A stretch of DNA of 64,000 bases from Hydrurus foetidus (Eukaryota): positions 186,001 through 250,000 of the forward strand of contig UYFQ01000006.1 of assembly GCA_900617105.1 (NCBI GenBank). The letters are read 5' to 3'. A model generated the notes under the pieces. That model was given only the letters and a program-made list of their open reading frames with translations, made no database searches and was not told the origin of the DNA. Of this stretch, positions 30,250-40,035 are shown one piece after another (the stretch's first letter is position 1; every line of letters starts with the position of its first letter). Position numbers and translations under genes: made by a program.

Positions 30250-31527
30250 ATGCGACTCGCCAGTGCCACCGCTTTCGACAACATCATCAACACCCTCACC
30301 ACCAAGCAAACGGCGCTGACGGAGCAGCAAGACCGCGTGTCAGCTAGTCAGCGGGTGCAAAAGGCCAGTGACGACCCTATAGCAGCAGCCTCGGCTGAGC
30401 GTGCCCTTAGCCGCATCACCCGCTTGCAAGCGGATCAACGTGCGCTGAACGTGCAACGTGATTCGCTGGCCACAGCAGAGTCCACCTTGGGCACGGCAGG
30501 CACGCTGATGCACCGCTTTAGAGAGTTGGCGGTGAGCGCGGGCAACGCGAGCAACAACGCCTCAGACCGCACATCATTTGCCAATGAGATGCAGTCCATC
30601 CGCGAACAAATGGTGGCTCTGGCGAACACCAAAGACGCCAACGGGGTGTACCTCTTCAGCGGTTTGGAATCGAAAAGCGTGAACGGTGTCGTCACCCCAA
30701 CCATCACCACCACCGGCGCAGGGGCCACGCTGAAGTACGTGTTCAATGGCACACCAGGGCAAAACGCGCCCACCCAAAACGCCGTACCCTTCACGATGGA
30801 CGGCAACAGCACCTGGATGCAGGTGCCCAAAGGCAACGGCGTGTACGACGTGACTGTGCCCGCCACCAACGTGGGCCAGCTGTCTACCGATATAGGTCAG
30901 TTCACCACCACACCCACCGGGGGCGCGATGCCCAACCCCTACACCGTCACCTTCACGGTGACAGGCACCACCGACGCACCCATCACCACCTACAGCGTAG
31001 ATACCGTGCCGGTGACGGTGCCGCTGTTGACCGGCCCTTATGTGGCGGGTCAACCGATTGCGTTTTCAGACGCTTCTGTCGTGCCGTCGGTGAACGTCAC
31101 CCTCACCGTCAGTGGCATACCTAGCACCGGCGATGTGGTGTCGATCGCCCCCTACAGCGTAACCAACCCAGCCAGCACCAGCCTGTTTGAGCTGATGGAC
31201 ACCGCCATCAACGGCATCACCAACGCCACCAGTCGCAGCCCCACCCTGATCCAAACCATCGCCCAGACCCTAACCCGCATGGATGCAGGGGCGGACAAAC
31301 TGATCGCCGCACGCGGTCAAGCCGGTGTGTGGCTGAACCGGGCGGACTCGATCAGCGACAGCAACGGCATCCAATCCACTCAACTGGAAGCTGACCGATC
31401 GAACGCGCAAGATTTGGACATGGTGGTGGGCATATCGGACTTGGAGAAACTCAAAACCGGCTACCAAGTGGCCATGCAGTCGTATGCCCAAATCCAAAAG
31501 CTTTCGCTGTTTGACTACATCCGCTGA
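30250..31527 (+). CDS. flgL: Hook-associated protein FlgL
   Basis: SDDPIAA, GVYLFSG and LSLFDYI motifs. Confidence 0.95.
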   Translation: MRLASATAFDNIINTLTTKQTALTEQQDRVSASQRVQKASDDPIAAASAERALSRITRLQADQRALNVQRDSLATAESTLGTAGTLMHRFRELAVSAGNASNNASDRTSFANEMQSIREQMVALANTKDANGVYLFSGLESKSVNGVVTPTITTTGAGATLKYVFNGTPGQNAPTQNAVPFTMDGNSTWMQVPKGNGVYDVTVPATNVGQLSTDIGQFTTTPTGGAMPNPYTVTFTVTGTTDAPITTYSVDTVPVTVPLLTGPYVAGQPIAFSDASVVPSVNVTLTVSGIPSTGDVVSIAPYSVTNPASTSLFELMDTAINGITNATSRSPTLIQTIAQTLTRMDAGADKLIAARGQAGVWLNRADSISDSNGIQSTQLEADRSNAQDLDMVVGISDLEKLKTGYQVAMQSYAQIQKLSLFDYIR

Positions 31528-31565
31528 CACGGCTAGAACCGCTGATTGACTACACTGAAACGACC

Positions 31566-32828
31566 ATGCCGCAAACTCTTCTCGGAAGCATCGCCCTCGC
31601 CTACCAACCACTTTGGGGTCACAACCGCACCCTGGTCGGCATTCGGCTGACTGTCTTGCCCGTGCCCGGCGGTATCGTGGATGCGATGCACTTGCTACAA
31701 ATTTTGCGTAACTTTTGGCCGCACAAAAATGCCACATTGATCGTCAGCCCCGCCACGCCCGATCTGCTCTGCACGCTGCTGGAGCACGCCCCAGCCTATT
31801 CGCCGTGCATCGAAGTGCCCAGCGAGTGGCTGGAAGACGCGGCCATCGCCTCGCTGGTGCAAATCGCCCATGTGCGCGGCTTGCAGATGATGTGGCGGGG
31901 GCCGAACGAAGCACAGCCCGCCCCAGCGCTCATCCCTTGCTTCAGGCAAAAGATCTTATCAATGGACGCACCCGACACCCTGGCCGCCTTGCGTGCAGCG
32001 TTATTTGCCAGCTCGTCGCCCCAGTTAGCGTCCCAGACCAGACCCTCCGGCTTTGCCACGGCGGCACCCGCCTCCCCGGTGCAAGCGCGGCAGCTTTACG
32101 CCAATGTGCCTAGCCGCATCCTGGCCGACCATTGCTTAGACCAGTGCCAAGCCGCCGCCTTGCTCGGCTGGCCCACCGAAGAAGTGCTGCACCTGTACCG
32201 ACATGCCGGGGTACAGCCGGGTCAGCGCAGCTTGGAACGCGTCATCAACGCGATCAATGCCGATACGTCTACTGAAACCTTGGAAGCCTTTATCGGTGAA
32301 GACCCGGTACTGGCCTACCGACTGTTGAACCACATCAACTCCGCTGCCATGGGTTTGCGCGCAAGCATAGATTCACTGCGCCGCGCCATGATGATGCTGG
32401 GCTACACAGCACTCAAAGCATGGTGCGTGCAGCAAATGCCCAATGCCAACGAAGACCGCAACCTGAACCCCGTGCGCACGGGCATGGTGTTGCGCGCCCG
32501 CCTCACCGAGCACCTGCTCGATGCCGGTGGTGAAAGCGATTTGCGCCGCGAAATCTACCTGTGCGGCCTTTTCTCGCAACTGGACTTGCTGATGGACGGC
32601 ACGCTGGACAGCATCCTGACCCGCATCCCACTGTCAGACCGCATCACCCAAGCCATCGTCTTGGGCGAAGGGCCCTACGCGCCCTACCTGCTGGTTGCCC
32701 GAGCGCTGGAAGCACAAAGCGCCAACCACCTGCCCGCGCTGTGCGCCGGGTTTGACATGAATTTAGACGATGTGAACCGCGCCCTGCTGCGCACCCTGGG
32801 TACCACAGCGGTCAGCGGCACAGTGTGA
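31566..32828 (+). CDS. HDOD-domain protein with a degenerate EAL-like N-terminus
   Basis: DPVLAYRLLNHINSAA..SLRRAMMMLG and YLCGLFSQLD motifs. The N-terminal LAYQPL is not followed by an EAL motif. Confidence 0.8.
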   Translation: MPQTLLGSIALAYQPLWGHNRTLVGIRLTVLPVPGGIVDAMHLLQILRNFWPHKNATLIVSPATPDLLCTLLEHAPAYSPCIEVPSEWLEDAAIASLVQIAHVRGLQMMWRGPNEAQPAPALIPCFRQKILSMDAPDTLAALRAALFASSSPQLASQTRPSGFATAAPASPVQARQLYANVPSRILADHCLDQCQAAALLGWPTEEVLHLYRHAGVQPGQRSLERVINAINADTSTETLEAFIGEDPVLAYRLLNHINSAAMGLRASIDSLRRAMMMLGYTALKAWCVQQMPNANEDRNLNPVRTGMVLRARLTEHLLDAGGESDLRREIYLCGLFSQLDLLMDGTLDSILTRIPLSDRITQAIVLGEGPYAPYLLVARALEAQSANHLPALCAGFDMNLDDVNRALLRTLGTTAVSGTV

Positions 32829-33033
32829 TACAGACGCCCGTATGGGCACATCATGGTGTCAAAACCGGCTATTTACCCTAATCTAGCCTTATCTAAGCGC
32901 TTTGAGAGCGTCCCCTGCAGGTCTGTACCCGCTTGACCCCAGTTAAAACGGCGTGATACAACAGACAGCCATACCGCACATTCCTTTGCGCGTTTGCTTG
33001 ATGTCCCTATAAAACCCTACTGGAGACCCCCAC

Positions 33034-34800
33034 ATGAACCACCTTAGCGGCATGGATGCCACCTTTTTGCACTTGGAATCCCCCGAAATGCCGATGCATG
33101 TCGGCTCGCTGAACGTGCTTGATTTGCCCGAAGGCTACACAGGCAACTTTTACGAAGATGCCAAAGCCATGCTGGTTGCACGCAGCCACATGGCCGTCGT
33201 TTTCACCCGCAAACTCGCCTTGATGCCCTTCGACTTGTCCAACCCGGTGTGGGTGGAAGACGAAGACATCGACATGGATTACCACGTCCGCCACGTCAGA
33301 CTACCCGCCCCTGGCAGCAACCGCCAGTTGCAGCAGTACGTGGCACGCTTGCATTCCAGCCTACTCGACCGCAGCCGTCCGCTGTGGGAGTTCTTCATCA
33401 TCGACGGACTGAAAAGCGGCCAAGTCGCGCTCTACAGCAAAGTCCACCACTCGGGCATTGACGGTCAAGCCGGTGTGGCCTTGGGGCGCACCATTTTCGA
33501 TCTGGAAGCCACGGGCCGCAAAATCAAACCACCCCGCCCACACGCCCGGCGCAATCAATACCAGCTGGGTCTGGCTGAGCTGCTGGGAGCGGCGGTGCGC
33601 AACACTGCCAAGCAGTCTTTTCAGCTGGTCAAAGCCATCCCCGCCTTGGCACGTGCCGCCCGCAGCGTGCTGGTGCCCGCCAAAGACGAACACGGCAAAC
33701 GCGACTGGTCGCTGCCTAAAAACGTCTTTGCGCCCAAAACCTCGCTGAACGTCGCCATCACCAACCAACGCACTTTTGCGGGGCGCACCATGCCCCTGGC
33801 CGAGGTGAAGCAAATCGCCAAGCTGCTGGGTGTCTCTTTGAACGACGTGGTGCTGGCCACCTGCGCAGGTGCACTGCGCCACTACTTCAAAGACAACAAC
33901 GAACTGCCCGAGCGCTCTTTGTCAGCCGCCGTGCCCGTCAGCCTGCGCGAAGCGGGCGACGGCACCCCCAACAACCAAGTCAGCATGGTGACGATGACGC
34001 TCGCGACCGACATCACCGACCCGATTGAGCGCATCCGAGCCATCCACACCGCGTCCGATAAGAGCAAGGTAATGATGTCCAAGGTCAAGTCCATCATGGC
34101 CATCGACCTGCCCATGCCCGCCGCGCCTTGGCTGATCTCCAGCCTCGCCTCGCTCTATGGCCGCTCACGATTGGCCAACGTCATCCCCCCCATCGCCAAC
34201 GTGGCCATCTCCAACGTGCCCGGCATCCCCGTGCAGATGTACTTTGCGGGGGCCAAAGTGGTCAGCTATTACCCCGTGTCTATCCCCGGCCACGGCATGG
34301 CGCTGAACATCACCGTACAGAGCTACAACGGTCGCCTAGATTACGGCCTGACCGCCTGCCGCCGTGCGCTGCCTGACGTGAACGAGCTGGCTGACTTGCT
34401 GCTGGCCGAGCACCGCTTGCTGCTGTCATTGGCCTTGGCCGAAGCTGCCAAAACGCTGGAAGCCCCTTCCGCCGCCCCCGTACCCGCCGTTGAAACTGCA
34501 CCTTCCGTGGTGGCCGTGGCAGCGCCCAAAAAGCGTGCAGCCAAAAAATCCGTCGCGCTCACCGACACCACCGCCCAAGCCGCCTTGGCCTTCAAGCCCC
34601 GCAAAGCTGCCAAATCGGCCAGCCCCCGCCTGAAGCTGGCAGCCCCCGTGGATGCCGCCGCTGCGGCTGTCGCCGAAACCAAGGCAACCATCGCCAAAGC
34701 CAAAGCGCCTGCCCGCAAACGGGTGGCTACCGCCAAGACAGCGGTTAAGAGAGCGGTCAAAGCGGTTGAGGCTGCTGTGGACGTGACCGAAGTGGCCTAA
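33034..34800 (+). CDS. Wax ester/triacylglycerol synthase (WS/DGAT) with an Ala/Lys/Pro-rich tail
   Basis: Catalytic HHSGIDG (HHxxxDG); PMHVG, LDRSRPLWE, ISNVPG and LNITVQSY motifs. Confidence 0.93.
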   Translation: MNHLSGMDATFLHLESPEMPMHVGSLNVLDLPEGYTGNFYEDAKAMLVARSHMAVVFTRKLALMPFDLSNPVWVEDEDIDMDYHVRHVRLPAPGSNRQLQQYVARLHSSLLDRSRPLWEFFIIDGLKSGQVALYSKVHHSGIDGQAGVALGRTIFDLEATGRKIKPPRPHARRNQYQLGLAELLGAAVRNTAKQSFQLVKAIPALARAARSVLVPAKDEHGKRDWSLPKNVFAPKTSLNVAITNQRTFAGRTMPLAEVKQIAKLLGVSLNDVVLATCAGALRHYFKDNNELPERSLSAAVPVSLREAGDGTPNNQVSMVTMTLATDITDPIERIRAIHTASDKSKVMMSKVKSIMAIDLPMPAAPWLISSLASLYGRSRLANVIPPIANVAISNVPGIPVQMYFAGAKVVSYYPVSIPGHGMALNITVQSYNGRLDYGLTACRRALPDVNELADLLLAEHRLLLSLALAEAAKTLEAPSAAPVPAVETAPSVVAVAAPKKRAAKKSVALTDTTAQAALAFKPRKAAKSASPRLKLAAPVDAAAAAVAETKATIAKAKAPARKRVATAKTAVKRAVKAVEAAVDVTEVA

Positions 34801-35116
34801 GCCACGCCCCCCAGCGCCCCCACACCGGCGCTGGGTTTCTCTGCTGCAACAGCACCCCATCGCTCAGCGCAGCCAGCTCAAACCACCCCGAAGTTGGCAC
34901 CACGTAAACCCCGCCTGCGTGAAGCGGGGTCTGCACCGCCAGCATCGCGTTGTCCAGCCAGACGGTGCGGCTGACCTGCGCCGTGCCCGCGCTAGCGTGG
35001 ATCACCGTGCCACGCTGAAGCTGCACCCAGAGCGATTGCCCGCGCCGCAGCGTCAGCGGTGTAGCGGCTATAGCCGTGCTGGTGGTTTTACCCGTGGTTG
35101 TCATGTCTTGCTGCAT
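34757..35116 (-). CDS. Small cupin-like DUF2917-type protein
   Basis: LTLRRGQSL..G..LHAGG pattern; divergent from a MocR gene; AGGGG SD. Confidence 0.6.
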   Translation of the reverse strand: MQQDMTTTGKTTSTAIAATPLTLRRGQSLWVQLQRGTVIHASAGTAQVSRTVWLDNAMLAVQTPLHAGGVYVVPTSGWFELAALSDGVLLQQRNPAPVWGRWGAWLRPLRSRPQQPQPL

Positions 35117-35230
35117 ACGAATCCCCTTATTCCTGCGGTGTGGTGTCCCGGCAAAAGCGCCTTGGACGTGCAGAAATCGTATGAAAACCGCCCCTCCAAC
35201 AACAGCCACAATTCCGCTGAATGTGGAGCG

Positions 35231-35283
35231 GTACAGCGGCACAATTCGGTATCTGTTACGGTTGATTTCAGGTAAATCTGTAC
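35231..35283. promoter_or_regulatory. Putative MocR operator repeats
   Basis: GTACAG..ATCTGTTAC..ATCTGTAC in direct and inverted arrangement. Confidence 0.55.
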
Positions 35284-35318
35284 CTGTTTTTAGCCTGCCA
35301 CCTCACCGACCATAGGCC

Positions 35319-36809
35319 ATGCTCGCCACATCCTCCACAGCCTCAGCCAACACCCCCGCGCCACCGGCACAGCACATCTACCAGCGGCTGGCCTTGCATT
35401 ACCGCAGCGCCATACAGGCGGGCACGCTGGTGCCGGGTGACCGGATGCCGTCGTTGCGCGGGTTGATGCGCCAGCACGAGATCAGCCTGTCCACCGCCAT
35501 GCAGCTCAGCCGCCAACTGGAAAGTGAAGGCTGGCTGGAAGCCCGGCCACGCTCGGGTTACTTTGTACGGCGACCCCAGCGCAGCCTGATGGCGACCGTC
35601 ACCGAGCCGCGCATGGACGCGGTGCCCGACCCGGCGCAGTACGTTGGCATCCATGCCCGTGTTTCTGATTTCATTGCAAGGGGCCGCATGCACCCCATCA
35701 CCACCAACCTCGCAGTAGCCCGCTGTGCGCCTGAGCTGTACCCCGCTGCAGCCTTGCAACAAGCCGCGCTGCGTGCATTGCGACGGCACCCGAACCTGCT
35801 CGTGACGGCCTCATCACCGCGGGGCAACCCCGAGTTGCGCGCGGTGCTGGCCAAACGCGCTTTAGGCCTGGGGTTGACGCTTTCCCCCAACGATGTGCAG
35901 ATCACCCACGGCTGCATCGAAGCCCTGAACCTGGCCCTGCGTGCCGTGGCGCAACCCGGTGACACCATCGCCGTCGAGTCGCCCACCTTTTACGGCCTGC
36001 TCCAAGTGCTGGAAAGCCTGGGTCTGCGCGCGCTGGAAATCCCCACCAGCCCGCAAACCGGTATCTCCATCGACGCACTGGAGCTGGCGGTGCAAACCTA
36101 CGACAACATCAAGGCCGTCGTCGTTGTGCCGCACCTGCAAAACCCGCTGGGCAGCATCATGCCGGACAGCCACAAACAGCGGCTGGTGCAGCTTTGTTCC
36201 ACCCATGCCATCCCGCTGATCGAAGACGACACCTACAGCGAACTGGTCAACGAGCGCACCCACGGCGAAGCCCCTTTGCGGGCCATGAAATCGTGGGACA
36301 CCACCGGCAACGTGATTTACTGCGCCTCGCTGCACAAAATCCTCGCCCCCGGCCTGCGCCTGGGTTGGATGAGTGCCGGGCGCTGGCAGGCACGGGTAGA
36401 GATGCTGAAGTTCAGCCAATCCAGAGCGAACGAAGACCTCTCGCAACTCGCCGCCGCCGACTTCATCGCTTCCCCCGCCTACGACCGCCACCTGCGGCGC
36501 TTGCGCAGCATCCTGTGTACACAACGGGAAAAAACCGCCGAAGCCATCGCCAACAGCTTCCCCCCCGGCACCCGGCTGAACCTGCCCGGCGGGGGCTTGT
36601 CATTGTGGGTAGAGCTGCCCAACCAACTGTCTTCCAAGCGCGTTTTTGATGCCGCCCTGCAAGACAAGATACTGGTCACACCCGGCCTGATGTTTTCCAA
36701 CTCGCTGCGCTTTGACCGTTTTTTGCGCATCAACTGCGGCTGGCCTTACGGGCACGATGTGGCGCAGGCGTTGGCGCGACTGGGACAGATTGTGGGGAGG
36801 TTGCTGTAA
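35319..36809 (+). CDS. MocR/GabR-family regulator (GntR HTH plus PLP domain)
   Basis: GDRMPSLR..LEARPRSGYFV, IEDDTY and SLHKILAPGLRLGW motifs. Confidence 0.93.
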   Translation: MLATSSTASANTPAPPAQHIYQRLALHYRSAIQAGTLVPGDRMPSLRGLMRQHEISLSTAMQLSRQLESEGWLEARPRSGYFVRRPQRSLMATVTEPRMDAVPDPAQYVGIHARVSDFIARGRMHPITTNLAVARCAPELYPAAALQQAALRALRRHPNLLVTASSPRGNPELRAVLAKRALGLGLTLSPNDVQITHGCIEALNLALRAVAQPGDTIAVESPTFYGLLQVLESLGLRALEIPTSPQTGISIDALELAVQTYDNIKAVVVVPHLQNPLGSIMPDSHKQRLVQLCSTHAIPLIEDDTYSELVNERTHGEAPLRAMKSWDTTGNVIYCASLHKILAPGLRLGWMSAGRWQARVEMLKFSQSRANEDLSQLAAADFIASPAYDRHLRRLRSILCTQREKTAEAIANSFPPGTRLNLPGGGLSLWVELPNQLSSKRVFDAALQDKILVTPGLMFSNSLRFDRFLRINCGWPYGHDVAQALARLGQIVGRLL

Positions 36810-36810
36810 C

Positions 36811-38316
36811 TTATGCACCACCCCGCACCCGCGCAAACACCTCCCAAAACGCCGCATCCTGCGTGGTCGCAAAGTTGATCCGCATCAGCGTGCTGGGCTT
36901 TCTGCCCGCGTGGAACAGCGCCCCTGGGGCCAGCAGGTAGCCTTCGTCGAGCATGCGCTGCGCCAGGGCGTCGGTGTCTACGCCGGTGTCCACCCAACCG
37001 AAAAGCCCCACCGGTTCCGCTGCGAAGGTGCAGCCGTGGGCCAGGGCGAGTTTGACGGTGCGGGCGCGGGCGGCGTCCAGGCGGGTGCGGATGCGCTCAG
37101 CATGGCGGCGCAGTTGGCCCTGCTCTATGCACAGGGCAATGGCTTTTTCCAGCAGAGCGGGGGTGGTGAGGGAGGCGAGCAGCTTGGTGTCGAGCAGGCG
37201 TTCCACCAGATCAGCGGGGGCGGCCAAGTAACCCACGCGCCAGTTCGGGGCGAGGATTTTGGCGAAACCGCTGACGTAAATCGTGCGCTGCAAGCCGTCT
37301 AACGCGCACAGGCGGGTGGCGTGTTCTGGGGCGATGTGGCTGTAGGTGTCGTCTTCTACGATGTGGAAGTTGTGCTGGTTGGCCAGTTGCAGCACCCGGT
37401 GTGCGCTGCCGGGGCTGAGCGAACAGCCCGTGGGGTTATGGAACACGCTGACGCTCACGAACAGCTTGGGCGCGTGGACTTCGCAGTACCGCGCCATCAC
37501 GTCCAAATCCGGCCCGATGGGGCCGCGCGGCACGGGCAAGATGCGCATACCTAAGGCCGTGAGACGGGCAAATTCCACGGCCCAACCGGGTTCTTCCACC
37601 ATCACATGGTCGCCCGCCACCAAGAGCGTTCGGCTCACGATGTCCAGCGCGTGGGTCGCCCCGACGGTGGTGATGATGTGCTCAGGCGGGGCGGGGATGT
37701 TCAAGGTGGTCAGCTTTTGCGACAACGCTCGGCGCAAACCGCCATCGCCCAGCGGCTCGCCGTACTGCAAAGAGAACGCTTGCAGCGCGGGTGTACTGGT
37801 CACTTTGCGCACGGCAGCGGGCAAAAAACTGGTTTCCAGCCATTCCGGCGGGAACACGCCCATGCCGGGCTGGGGCTTGTTGCTGACTTTGTGGAACATG
37901 CCACGTATCAGCGCGGTGGCGTTAGACGGGTAGGCGGGGGCCGCCGCCACAGTGGTGAAGCCGGTGGCAGTTGACCAAGCGTTGAGGGTTTGCATACCCA
38001 GCGTGGGGGCATTGGCCGCCGACGCATTCACTCCATTATTGATAGCTGACGCAGCATACTCAGACTTCAATAATGGCCTATTTTGATTGAATTCACGGAC
38101 AAAAAAACCTCGGTTTTTGCGCGCTTCCACCAGCCCCTGCGCCAGCAGCTGGTCGTAGGCGGCGACCACGGTGGTTGGGCTGACCTGCTGTTGCTCCGCG
38201 CACTGGCGCACCGAGGGCAGACGCGCGCCGGGGGCCAGCAAGCGGGTGTGGATGCGCTCAGCAAAGCGGTTGGCGAGTTGCTCGGTGAGCGAAAGTGCGG
38301 CGGTCTTCATCAACAT
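36811..38316 (-). CDS. MocR/GabR-family regulator
   Basis: GARLPSVR..AYDQL..RGFFV, VEDDTY and GFAKILAPNWRVGY motifs. Confidence 0.93.
   Translation of the reverse strand: MLMKTAALSLTEQLANRFAERIHTRLLAPGARLPSVRQCAEQQQVSPTTVVAAYDQLLAQGLVEARKNRGFFVREFNQNRPLLKSEYAASAINNGVNASAANAPTLGMQTLNAWSTATGFTTVAAAPAYPSNATALIRGMFHKVSNKPQPGMGVFPPEWLETSFLPAAVRKVTSTPALQAFSLQYGEPLGDGGLRRALSQKLTTLNIPAPPEHIITTVGATHALDIVSRTLLVAGDHVMVEEPGWAVEFARLTALGMRILPVPRGPIGPDLDVMARYCEVHAPKLFVSVSVFHNPTGCSLSPGSAHRVLQLANQHNFHIVEDDTYSHIAPEHATRLCALDGLQRTIYVSGFAKILAPNWRVGYLAAPADLVERLLDTKLLASLTTPALLEKAIALCIEQGQLRRHAERIRTRLDAARARTVKLALAHGCTFAAEPVGLFGWVDTGVDTDALAQRMLDEGYLLAPGALFHAGRKPSTLMRINFATTQDAAFWEVFARVRGGA
38029..38092 (+). repeat. 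Interspersed repeat copy embedded in frame in the MocR linker
   Basis: CTCCATTATTGATAGCTGacgcaGCATA..GGCCTATTTTGATTGAA; encodes FNQNRPLLKSEYAASAINNGV on the minus strand. Confidence 0.65.
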
Positions 38317-38345
38317 GGCGGTGTCCTGTGCTGCAAGCAGAAGGA

Positions 38346-38390
38346 ATACAGTTTAGCAACTGATCTTAAAAACTGTACTTATGATGTACT
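38346..38390. promoter_or_regulatory. Putative MocR operator repeats
   Basis: ATACAGT..AACTG..AACTGTAC..TGTAC between divergent mocR and lysE genes. Confidence 0.55.
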
Positions 38391-38416
38391 GAAATTCATC
38401 TTACATTGAAGGCACC

Positions 38417-39031
38417 ATGTCACCCACCGAACTGACCACCCTGCTGCTGCTCTGCACGGCGATGAGCTTCTCGCCAGGGCCCAACACCACGCTGTCCACC
38501 GCCTTGGCTGCCAACCACGGCCTGCGACGAGCGCTGTCCTTTTGCATAGCAGTGCCGGTGGGCTGGACGCTGCTGATGCTGCTTTGCGGACTGGGCTTGG
38601 GGGCGCTGGTGACAGGCGTGCCTACGCTGCGCTGGGGCGTGAAGCTGTTCGGCGTGGCCTACATGCTGTGGCTGGCCTTCAAACTCAGCCGAGCCGCCCA
38701 AATGAACGAAGTGGACAGCGCCCGCCTAAGCATCACCTTCGCCCAAGGCGTGCTCTTGCAGTTCGCCAACATCAAAGCGTGGATGCTGGCCTTGACGCTG
38801 ACAGCGGGTTGGGTGGTGAACGCCTTGGGTCAGCCCTCCGCCAACCCAGGCGAGCGCCTTGCCATCGTCTGCGCAACCATGATGGTTTTCGCTTTTGCCA
38901 GCAACTTCGCCTATGCCTTGCTGGGTGCGCTGCTGCGGCAGTGGCTGAAACAAGGCCGCCGTTTGTTGATGTTCAACCGCATGCTGGCCGCTGTGTTGGT
39001 GGCAACGGCGGGCTGGATGGTGACGGTATGA
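38417..39031 (+). CDS. LysE-family translocator
   Basis: SPGPN, GVAYMLWLA and LQFANIKAW motifs. Confidence 0.9.
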   Translation: MSPTELTTLLLLCTAMSFSPGPNTTLSTALAANHGLRRALSFCIAVPVGWTLLMLLCGLGLGALVTGVPTLRWGVKLFGVAYMLWLAFKLSRAAQMNEVDSARLSITFAQGVLLQFANIKAWMLALTLTAGWVVNALGQPSANPGERLAIVCATMMVFAFASNFAYALLGALLRQWLKQGRRLLMFNRMLAAVLVATAGWMVTV

Positions 39032-39075
39032 CTGGGATGGTGAAATGAACGTGTACTTGGAACGGTGACCTTGAA

Positions 39076-40035
39076 ATGACGCTGAAAAAAGAAACTTTAG
39101 GCATGTGGTTAGGTGTTTTAGGCGTGGCGATATTTGCCGTCACGCTGCCCATGACGCGCCTGGCCACCGGCACCAGCGCGGCACCGCAGCTTTCGCCCTG
39201 GTTCGTTACCTTTGGCCGCGCTGCGCTGGCCGGTGTGTTGTCACTGGCCGTGCTGGTGCTGACCCGCGCCCCCAGACCCACGCCCGCGCAACGCAAATCG
39301 CTGGGCTTCGCGCTGCTGGGCAATGCCATAGGCTACCCACTGCTGCTGGGCTATGCGCTGCGCAGCGTGACGGCCAGCCACGCCGCCGTCATCACCGCCC
39401 TGCTGCCCTTGACGACGGCCGCCGTCGCCGCTTGGGTGCTGCACCAGCGGGCTCGGCTGGGCTTTTGGCTGTGTGCCGGTATCGGTGCGCTGCTGGTGAT
39501 GGCTTTTTCGCTGATGCGCACCTACCAGCAAGGCCACGGTTTTGGCTTGGAATGGGCCGATTTGCTGCTGGTCGGTGCGGTGCTGGCTGCGTCGATAGGC
39601 TATGTGTACGGCGCACAAGTCACCCCTGCGTTGGGTGCTGAGCGGGTGATTTGCTGGGTCTGCGTGCTGGCCTTGCCCATCACCTTGCCCGGCGCCCTGC
39701 TGACTTGGCCCGACCACCCCGTCAACACCTCCGCCTGGCTGGCCCTGCTGTACGTAGGCATGTTTTCGATGTGGATAGGCTTCTTTGCGTGGTACCGAGG
39801 CTTGGCCCTGGGCGGCGCATTGCGGGTCAGCCAGACGCAATTGCTGCAACCGTTTTTGTCCATCCTGGCCAGCATCCCGCTGCTGGGCGAGCCACTGGAC
39901 ATGGTGACGCTGGGCTTTGCGCTGGCGGTGGTGGCAACGGTGTTTTTGGGGAAGAATTTGGCAACAAGCCCCGCGCCGGTCAAGGCAAAATCGAGTGAAC
40001 CGAATCCTGTACTTTTAAGTGGAGAAAAAACATGA
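39076..40035 (+). CDS. DMT/EamA-family transporter
   Basis: About 10 transmembrane segments; FFAWYRGLALGG..SQTQLLQPF. Confidence 0.9.
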   Translation: MTLKKETLGMWLGVLGVAIFAVTLPMTRLATGTSAAPQLSPWFVTFGRAALAGVLSLAVLVLTRAPRPTPAQRKSLGFALLGNAIGYPLLLGYALRSVTASHAAVITALLPLTTAAVAAWVLHQRARLGFWLCAGIGALLVMAFSLMRTYQQGHGFGLEWADLLLVGAVLAASIGYVYGAQVTPALGAERVICWVCVLALPITLPGALLTWPDHPVNTSAWLALLYVGMFSMWIGFFAWYRGLALGGALRVSQTQLLQPFLSILASIPLLGEPLDMVTLGFALAVVATVFLGKNLATSPAPVKAKSSEPNPVLLSGEKT

